Source of the DNA: an uncultured Chthonomonadaceae bacterium | GTDB taxonomy: Bacteria; Armatimonadota; Chthonomonadetes; Chthonomonadales; Chthonomonadaceae | Assembly (NCBI GenBank): GCA_963817895.1 | Contig: CAWFQB010000004.1 | Coordinates: forward strand, 448,001 to 512,000 | Length of the DNA stretch: 64,000 nt | Direction: 5' to 3' | Shown here: piece after piece, positions 40,241-47,512 of the stretch | Layout of the letters: the number at the start of each line of letters is the position of its first letter | How positions within the stretch are numbered: the first letter of the stretch is position 1 | Position numbers and translations under genes: made by a program | The notes under the pieces: model-generated | Databases searched by the model: none | Seen by the model: only the letters and a program-made list of their open reading frames with translations | Told to the model about the DNA's origin: nothing

Positions 40241-41212
40241 TCAAAGTTCGGCCAGAAAGTCGAAAATGCGGTCATTGCATCCGGGCAGTCCCTCGTGGCC
40301 GTAGTCCGGGTAGATGAGCAGGTCTTTGGGCGCGGTAATCTTATTGTACGCGGCGAACTGCGTGGACGGCGGGCAAATCGTGTCCATCAGGCCGACTGCC
40401 ATGAGAACGCGGGCGCGTATCCGATGCGCGAGATGCTGGTTGTCAATATAGCCAAGCCGGGTGAATATCTCAGCCTCGCGCTCGTGCAGCGGATCGAACT
40501 GGCGCAGATATGTTCGTAACTCCTCATACGCGCCCACTGCCAGATCCATTTCCCATACGCGTTGATAATCGCACAGGAACGGATAGACCGGCGCGGCGCG
40601 TTTGATGCGCGGTTCGAGGGCGGCGCAGGCAAGCGTCAATGCCCCGCCCTGTGAACCTCCGGTTGCGCCCACCCGGTTCGCGTCCACTTCGGGCAGGTTC
40701 ATCACGATGCCTGCCAGTTGCGCCGTGTCCAGATACACCTGCCGGAAATACAATTTTTCGGGCGCGTCGTCCAACCCGCGTATGATATGCCCGCGCAGCG
40801 TGTTGCCCCGAACGCCCTCGATGTTTTCCGACAATCCGCCCTGTCCGCGCGCGTCCAACGCGGCCACGCAAAAGCCCTGCCCGACGTAATTGAGTTTGTC
40901 CGCCCAATCGCCGCTGTTGCCGGAATACCCGTGAAACATCAGCGCGGCGGGACAACCGTTTGGATTTAGCGCGGGCGCGTTTTTGGGGCGCAGGTATTTG
41001 GCATGAACGCGCGACCCGCCCACGCCCGTAAAATACAGATCGAAACATTCGGCATGGGGCGCGTTCAGTTTATGCGGAACCAACTCCACGCGGGCGTCAA
41101 CGCTGCGCATCTCTTCCAGAGCGTGATCCCAGTACGCTTCCATATCGTCGGGGCGCGGGTTGCGGCCCTCGTACACTTTCAATCGTTCCAGCGGCATATC
41201 AACCTGTGGCAT
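40241..41212 (-). CDS. Acetylxylan esterase / cephalosporin-C deacetylase (CE7)
   Basis: FHGYSG, DARGQGG, GGSQGG nucleophile, D.ICPPSTQFAAYN, YGHE. Confidence 0.92.
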   Translation of the reverse strand: MPQVDMPLERLKVYEGRNPRPDDMEAYWDHALEEMRSVDARVELVPHKLNAPHAECFDLYFTGVGGSRVHAKYLRPKNAPALNPNGCPAALMFHGYSGNSGDWADKLNYVGQGFCVAALDARGQGGLSENIEGVRGNTLRGHIIRGLDDAPEKLYFRQVYLDTAQLAGIVMNLPEVDANRVGATGGSQGGALTLACAALEPRIKRAAPVYPFLCDYQRVWEMDLAVGAYEELRTYLRQFDPLHEREAEIFTRLGYIDNQHLAHRIRARVLMAVGLMDTICPPSTQFAAYNKITAPKDLLIYPDYGHEGLPGCNDRIFDFLAEL

Positions 41213-41229
41213 GGCAGAACCTCCGGGGA

Positions 41230-41323
41230 GGGGAGTAGGGAGTGGGTTGTAGGGAGTAGGTATGCGCGAAATTTAGTAACATCTCAGTGTTTCCTACTCC
41301 TTGCAACCTACTCCCTACTCCCC
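41230..41323. repeat. Inverted heptamer-array hairpin (GGAGTAG units)
   Basis: 31-bp arms at 41230-41260 and 41293-41323; the three mismatches are all G-T type on the + strand. Confidence 0.88.
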
Positions 41324-41734
41324 GCTTTTCCAACATCTTGGCGCGATTATAAAAAACGAGTGAAAATTTAAGAAGCATAGCGCTAATTACGGCGGATGGC
41401 GGTTCAACTCCTGCCTGCAAAACATTGTAGAACAGAGAATTACCTGTTTTTGAACAAACTTATTTTCCTTCTGTCGGCTATTGCTTTTTCCACATGCCAG
41501 TAGGGTAATATGAAAAAGTAGATTGTGCTTTTTGGAACTCCTTTGGATGCCGGATTGTTTATCAGGCTGGCGCGTCGTTTTCTGCAACGCGCTCGCCCAT
41601 TCAACAGAATTCATTGGCGCGTTATCCCTCCCACAGTTTTGCCGTTGTTTGTGTCGCCGCTTGCAAGATTCCGCATTGCCGTTGTTGCTGTATTGGTCAC
41701 ATTCGCTGTATTCTGCACACGAGAAGAGGAAGAC

Positions 41735-42667
41735 ATGCGCTGCCTTGCCGGGTTCCTGCTGCTGATACTGCTGTTGCTTTTTGCCGGGTGCGGGGGCAAC
41801 TTAGGCGCTCCGACCGGGCTTGTCGCCGCAACGGTGACGTTTACCGCAACCGTTCCGCCAATGCCCTCCCCGCAACCCAAATCGGTGCAACTGGCGATTG
41901 CGAAAGCGAACCTGAACGGCTCCGATTTCACGGTCACGCAGAATATCAATCCCACCAACGGCGGCATGTTTCCCGTTCCCGCGGACGGACACCCGCTTGG
42001 CCCCCTGCGTCCCATCACGACCACGCTGAGTTCACGCTTTTATTCCGGGCCGGATGCCAGCGGCGACGTGATTTCCAGCGCGAATGTACCCATTACGCTT
42101 CATTCCGGCCCCAACCAGTTCGGTTTCGCTTCCAATGCCGCTGTCGCGTCCATTGCCCTCGTTCCCGATCAATCGCTTGTTCTGGGACAGTCTCGCGCCC
42201 TCGATGCTATTTTGCGGGACAAGGACGGCAACTACGTGGCGGTTCCCGGCAGCCAGATCAGTTTTACGGTTACGCAGGGACAGGATGTGGTTCAGGCCGT
42301 CAACAACAACACGCAGCTGAAGGGCCTGAAACTCGGAACCGCGACCGTAACAATCACCGCGCAGGGTCTGACCAGCGCGCCGGGTACGGTTCAGGTGGTG
42401 GCGGGCGTGTTCATCAATCCGACAAGCGCGTCTGTCGCGCCCGGAGCGCAGCAGACGTTTACGGCCAGCCAGCCCGTCGTGTGGAGCATTCAGGAGGGCG
42501 CGGCGGGCGGAACCATCGTCACCAACACCGACGGCTCGGCAACGTATACCGCCCCGGTCGGCGCGGGAACCTTCCACGTCGTTGCCACCAGTCAGGCCAA
42601 CTCCACGCAATCGGCGACGGCAGCGGTCACGGTGCAGTCCGGCACGGGCGGCTTCATTATTCAATAG
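41735..42667 (+). CDS. Lipoprotein with Ig-like domains (surface locus gene 1)
   Basis: MRCLAGFLLLILLLLFAGC lipobox; Big_2-like domain; one WSIQEG..GG...YTAP...G.FHVVATSQA repeat; tail GTGGFIIQ. Confidence 0.85.
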   Translation: MRCLAGFLLLILLLLFAGCGGNLGAPTGLVAATVTFTATVPPMPSPQPKSVQLAIAKANLNGSDFTVTQNINPTNGGMFPVPADGHPLGPLRPITTTLSSRFYSGPDASGDVISSANVPITLHSGPNQFGFASNAAVASIALVPDQSLVLGQSRALDAILRDKDGNYVAVPGSQISFTVTQGQDVVQAVNNNTQLKGLKLGTATVTITAQGLTSAPGTVQVVAGVFINPTSASVAPGAQQTFTASQPVVWSIQEGAAGGTIVTNTDGSATYTAPVGAGTFHVVATSQANSTQSATAAVTVQSGTGGFIIQ

Positions 42668-42750
42668 CCGCCTGTACAGAATTTTTGAACCGCAAAGAAG
42701 CAAAGACAGCAAAGAAATAGCAAGGGAAGAAAAGCAAGGAAACAACGGTT

Positions 42751-44883
42751 ATGAAGCGCTTGATTGCCTGTATTCTTGTGGTTGGAATGGCGCTCCTGTT
42801 GAGTGGATGCGGCGGCGGGGGATCGGGGTCGAACGGCTCCTCATCCTCTACCACAGGCCGACAAACAGGACAGGCCACCTTTACCATCGCCTGGCCCACA
42901 TCCGGCAAACAGGCGGCCATCCAACCCGCCCCCGGTAAACCCGCGTCCCGCGTTTCGCGGGTGATACCGGATTCCGTCGCCAGCATCCGCATTACGATTA
43001 CAAACGGGGGTGTGATTGTCGGCGATAAACTGTTTCCGCGCCCATCACAGGGCGGGCAAACGAGCGCGGCTATCAGCGGCCTGCCTGCCGGTGTTCCGCT
43101 CACGGCAACGGTGTACGCTTTCCCCAACGCGGCGGGAACCGGCGTTCCGGTCGCGCAGGCGTCCATTCCCATTGCCATTGTCGCCAACCAGAACACGCAG
43201 GCTCCCACGATTACGCTCGACAGCGCGATTAACCATGTGGATGTGACGCCGGGTACGCTGCTTGCCGCCGGCCAAAGTGTTACGGTTTCTGCGGGCCAGA
43301 CCCTATCCCTTACAGTCGGGCAAACTCTTCCCCTTGTCGCCACCCCCCGCGACAGCTCCAACAACGTCGTGCTGATCGCGCCCGGCAATCTGACGTGGGC
43401 TTCCAACAATGCCGCCGTTGCGATTGACCCGGCTTCGGGCGTCATCACGGCGAAACAGCCCGGCGCGGCCAACATCGTGGCAACCGTGAAAGTGGCGAAC
43501 GGCGATCCCGGCATCGCGTCCCCCGCCTTTCCGGTTGTCGTCCATGTCAACATCGCCTTTAATCCCACTGCGGTTGTTATGACCATCGGGCAAAGCGTGA
43601 CCTTTTCCGCCACGCTCACGCCTGCGGGCAGTGGCGGCGTCACGTACAGCGTTCAGGAGGGGAGTTCGGGCGGCAGCGTCAACCCGTCTACGGGAGCCTA
43701 TACCGCCCCCGGCACAGCCGGAACGTACCACCTCGTAGCCACCAGTCAGGCCGATCCAAGCCAGAGCGCGACAGCAACTATCGTGGTGCAGGAAGCGGCT
43801 CACGCGGTTGTCACTGCCAGCCTGCAATTCGCCACCATCACGCCGCAAAGTTCTCTCACTCTTGCCGCGTCCGTGCAGGGCAAGACCAATACGGGCGTCG
43901 CGTGGAGCATACAGGAGGGCGCGGCGGGCGGAACCCTGACAGCCGATGCCAGCGGAACCGAAACCTACACCGCCTCGAACAACCCCGGCATTTATCACAT
44001 CGTCGCCACCAGTCAGGCCGATCCGTCGCAGGCAGCCGTATCCACGATTGTCGTTCAATTCGCGCCTGCCGCCATCTACTCCACCCTGAGCGCGGCCACT
44101 CTTGCCCCGCAAACAAATGTGACGCTGCGGGCCATTGTCGCCAACCAGACAAGTACGGGCGTGACGTATACCATTCAGGAGGGCAGCGCAGGCGGCATCC
44201 TGACCGCGAACCAGGACGGAACCGAAACCTATACCGCGCCGGGTACAGCAGGCACGTACCACATTGTCGCCACCAGTCAGGCCAATCCTTCGCTTGTGGC
44301 GGTTTCCACAATCACGGTTCTGGGCCAGGCGGGAGCCGCCATCCATCCGAACCTGACGGCTGCGATTGTGTTCCCGCAAAGCGCCCTGACGCTGCGAACT
44401 ATCGTGACCGGCTACGCGAATACGGGCGTGACCTATACCATTCAGGAGGGCGCGAGTGGCGGAACTCTGGTTGCGAACCCGGATGGAACTGAAACCTACA
44501 CGTCGCCGAACACGGCGGGAACCTATCACATCATGGCGGTCAGTCAGGCCGATAATACGCTTGTTGCTGTGATCCCGATCTCTGTAACGGGAAGCCAGTC
44601 AGCAGTGATTATCATTCCGCCCACAGTGACGCTTACCTTGCAGCAAACCACGTCGTTCTGCGCGGCTGTCGCCAATATGATCAACAATACGGTTACGTGG
44701 AGTATTCAGGAGGGCGCGAGTGGGGGCGCGTTGTCAGGGCAGGCGGGCAACACAACCAACTATACGGCTCCCACCACGCCGGGAACCTATCACCTGATTG
44801 CCACCAGCCAGGCGAACGGGGCATTGCAGGCAACCGCAACAATCACAGTGAAAGCGGGCGCGCTCAACGTCACGGTAAATTAG
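42751..44883 (+). CDS. Large lipoprotein with Big_2-like domain and five tandem Ig-like repeats (gene 2)
   Basis: LLSGC lipobox; five (S/T)(I/V)QEG..GG...YT(A/S)...G.YH..A.SQA repeats; tail GALNVTVN. Confidence 0.88.
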   Translation: MKRLIACILVVGMALLLSGCGGGGSGSNGSSSSTTGRQTGQATFTIAWPTSGKQAAIQPAPGKPASRVSRVIPDSVASIRITITNGGVIVGDKLFPRPSQGGQTSAAISGLPAGVPLTATVYAFPNAAGTGVPVAQASIPIAIVANQNTQAPTITLDSAINHVDVTPGTLLAAGQSVTVSAGQTLSLTVGQTLPLVATPRDSSNNVVLIAPGNLTWASNNAAVAIDPASGVITAKQPGAANIVATVKVANGDPGIASPAFPVVVHVNIAFNPTAVVMTIGQSVTFSATLTPAGSGGVTYSVQEGSSGGSVNPSTGAYTAPGTAGTYHLVATSQADPSQSATATIVVQEAAHAVVTASLQFATITPQSSLTLAASVQGKTNTGVAWSIQEGAAGGTLTADASGTETYTASNNPGIYHIVATSQADPSQAAVSTIVVQFAPAAIYSTLSAATLAPQTNVTLRAIVANQTSTGVTYTIQEGSAGGILTANQDGTETYTAPGTAGTYHIVATSQANPSLVAVSTITVLGQAGAAIHPNLTAAIVFPQSALTLRTIVTGYANTGVTYTIQEGASGGTLVANPDGTETYTSPNTAGTYHIMAVSQADNTLVAVIPISVTGSQSAVIIIPPTVTLTLQQTTSFCAAVANMINNTVTWSIQEGASGGALSGQAGNTTNYTAPTTPGTYHLIATSQANGALQATATITVKAGALNVTVN

Positions 44884-44896
44884 GAGCAACACGTTT

Positions 44897-46561
44897 ATGC
44901 GCGGTTTAACACAATCTATCTCCATGGCTCTGCTTCTGCCGCTTGCCGTATTTCTGTGCGGATGCGGCGGCGGAGCGGGCAAAAACGCGCTTGCCGGGGC
45001 GGGGCGCAAGGGCGGCAAGGGCAAGCTGACCGTAACCTTCAAATGGCCCACGCCCGCAAAGGCGGCAAAACGCCATCGCTTTATTCCGCTCGCGTCCATG
45101 AGCGTAGTTGTCAGCGTAAACGGGCCGACCGGCTACACGGCCACCTCCCCGCCCCTGACGCCAACCGGCAGCGGGGTGGGCGCGACAAGCACGTATACTT
45201 TCAATACCGTTCCCACCGGCACGATTGCGGTGACATCCAAAGCGTTTCCCAACCCGGATGGAACCGGAACCGCGCAGGCCGGCGCGACCAATCCCAACGT
45301 CACCATTCAGGCCGATCAGACTGCTAATCTGAATCTGACAATGGACACCACCATTGATAACGGTCACACGACGATTACCGGGTTAGGCCAACTAACGCGG
45401 ACGCGCGCTTCCAATTACACCGTCATCTTTCAGGATGGCGGCGGCAACACGGTACTGGTGGCTCCCAATACCGTCACATGGGGTACGGATGACCCTACCA
45501 TCGCCCTGGTGACAGTGGTTTCCCCGGATGGATTGACAGCAGCCGTATCGGGCATTTCGGCGCGTGAAACCAACATTCACGCCATCTATCAGGAACCCGG
45601 CGAGGCGGCGCAGTTTCCCAACAACCCGAACCGCTCCGGCAATTTCGACCTGAAAGTTTTGCCCATCATCTATATCTGCGACAATGGCAACAACAACATC
45701 GTGGAAATAGATAACATCAACGGGGATAATCGCGCCACACTGCCCCCCTCCGGCGCAGGCTATGCGTTTTCGCAGCCGCAGGGTGTTGCTGTTGATTCCG
45801 TTGGTGGGGTGTACGTGGCGGATACGGGCAACAATCGCCTGGTTCGGATCAACAGGGCGGACGGTTCGGATTTAGTGTCCGTGTCAACCCTCAACGGCAG
45901 GAACCTCAATACGCCGACCGCCGTTGCCATTGATAACAGCGACAACATCTATATACTGGACGACGGCAATTCCCGCGTAGTACAGTGTACCTACACCCCG
46001 AACAACTCGATCAATTTCGTACAGGAGTGGCCCATCAGTTCCGGGCTATTTCACAATGCCCTGACCTCTACGGACCCCGGAACGTTCACGTATACTGAAG
46101 TCCTTACGAGCCGCGCCAATGGCCCCTCACCCGCTATCGTTCAATTCGACGGCTCGGCTTCCAGCGTTTTCCACGGGCAGGGCGTGGTTGCGCTGAAATT
46201 TCCCTGGGGCGTTGTCAACAACTCCGGCAGCCTGATTGTGGCCGACCGGGACGGCAACCAACTGCTTCAACTGGACGGGCAAGGCAGCAGCAACGGCATT
46301 ATCAACTTCGATACCATCACCGTCGCTTCCCGCCTCAACTCGTTCAATAATATCGCGCTGAACGCGCCTCGCGGACTCGCGGCGGACGGCTACAGCAACC
46401 TGTATATCGCGGACACGGGAAACCAACGCATCATCCAGAACTCCAATTTTATCCGCCTGGGGCTGTTTTCTTCCTCTCCCACGTATACCCCGTCCGGCGG
46501 TTCTGCGCTGAACGCTCCCTACGCCGTAGCCGTAGACCCGCCGGAACCGCCACGATTTTAA
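44897..46561 (+). CDS. Lipoprotein with Ig-like domain and C-terminal NHL beta-propeller (gene 3)
   Basis: LCGC lipobox; PQGVAVDS.G.VYVADTGNNR and PRGLAADG..NLYIADTGNQR NHL repeats. Confidence 0.88.
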   Translation: MRGLTQSISMALLLPLAVFLCGCGGGAGKNALAGAGRKGGKGKLTVTFKWPTPAKAAKRHRFIPLASMSVVVSVNGPTGYTATSPPLTPTGSGVGATSTYTFNTVPTGTIAVTSKAFPNPDGTGTAQAGATNPNVTIQADQTANLNLTMDTTIDNGHTTITGLGQLTRTRASNYTVIFQDGGGNTVLVAPNTVTWGTDDPTIALVTVVSPDGLTAAVSGISARETNIHAIYQEPGEAAQFPNNPNRSGNFDLKVLPIIYICDNGNNNIVEIDNINGDNRATLPPSGAGYAFSQPQGVAVDSVGGVYVADTGNNRLVRINRADGSDLVSVSTLNGRNLNTPTAVAIDNSDNIYILDDGNSRVVQCTYTPNNSINFVQEWPISSGLFHNALTSTDPGTFTYTEVLTSRANGPSPAIVQFDGSASSVFHGQGVVALKFPWGVVNNSGSLIVADRDGNQLLQLDGQGSSNGIINFDTITVASRLNSFNNIALNAPRGLAADGYSNLYIADTGNQRIIQNSNFIRLGLFSSSPTYTPSGGSALNAPYAVAVDPPEPPRF

Positions 46562-46658
46562 AGGTATCAGGTATCAGGTGTCAGGTGGCCTGATTTTTCC
46601 CGATTATCGCGGTTAAGATAATGAGGATCATGTACTGACACCTGATACCTGATACCTT
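46561..46658. repeat. Inverted heptamer-array hairpin (AGGTRTC units)
   Basis: Perfect 24-bp arms at 46561-46584 and 46635-46658; 50-nt spacer. Confidence 0.9.
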
Positions 46659-46676
46659 CCTTAAAGGAGACATGCC

Positions 46677-47342
46677 TTGCAGCGCAAACAGGGTTTACAC
46701 ATATTGGCGATGCTGATGCTTTGCCTGGGGCTTGCTCCCGCCGCGCGCGCGCAATTTGCCGGCGGCAGCGCGCTTGTCCGATTTGACGCGACGCGCAAAG
46801 AGCAAACAAGAGTATATGGCGCATTCGACGTTTATCCGTTTGCGCCGTTTACCACTGGTGGCAATTTTGCGAATGGTTCTTCCGGCACACAGACGAATTT
46901 CGGCGCGCTCATTGCGACCAACATCGGAATCAAACCGGCGAAATCGCGCAATGCCGTGGAAGTTGGGGGCTGGTTTTGGACGCGGGGCGGTTCCAGTCTG
47001 AGCCAATACCATATACGGGGATTTTTCACGCCCGAATTCGGCGTTCAATTCAGCTATTTGCAATCCTCGCGCGCTCCCGGCGCGGCATACACGGCGTTTT
47101 TTGTTTATGACCTGCTTTCCACCCGCGTCAATCCGCAGTCCACGCGCCACTGGTCTATTGAAGGCGGTCTGGGCGGCTTCTTCGATCTTGCGGCGGGACG
47201 CAGCACGTCTTCCGTCACCATGTACGTGCAGGGCAGCTACCAATTGGTCGGCAATCTCAGCGCCAATGCCGGTATCTGGTATCTGCGCGACCGCTCCGAC
47301 GACCTGAACCGCTTTACCGTTGGCTTAGGGTACAATTTCTGA
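46677..47342 (+). CDS. Putative small outer-membrane beta-barrel protein (gene 4)
   Basis: Signal peptide ending ARA, alternating amphipathic strands, C-terminal beta-signal FTVGLGYNF. Confidence 0.7.
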   Translation: MQRKQGLHILAMLMLCLGLAPAARAQFAGGSALVRFDATRKEQTRVYGAFDVYPFAPFTTGGNFANGSSGTQTNFGALIATNIGIKPAKSRNAVEVGGWFWTRGGSSLSQYHIRGFFTPEFGVQFSYLQSSRAPGAAYTAFFVYDLLSTRVNPQSTRHWSIEGGLGGFFDLAAGRSTSSVTMYVQGSYQLVGNLSANAGIWYLRDRSDDLNRFTVGLGYNF

Positions 47343-47349
47343 AATTCTT

Positions 47350-47512
47350 GTTAGCCGCGAATGAACGCGAATAAACGCAAATGAGAGACAAAAATATTCA
47401 ACGCTGTTTGCTGCCCTATGTTTTTTTTGCAGCCCGCTATATTTATACGTGGATGCTGACTGTTTGTAACACTCGGCCCATTCGCGTGTATTCGCGTGTA
47501 TTCGCGGCTAAC
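47350..47512. repeat. Inverted decamer-array hairpin (CGCGAATRMA units) overlapping the caspase 5' end
   Basis: 34-bp arms at 47350-47383 and 47479-47512 with 4 mismatches; the left-arm sequence recurs at ~21661-21690. Confidence 0.85.

Noticed and set aside
43303..44529. 408-aa minus-strand ORF and similar long antisense ORFs (e.g. 52289..53749, 10988..11992)
   Set aside because: They are antisense shadows of well-supported genes in GC-rich DNA and carry no motifs.
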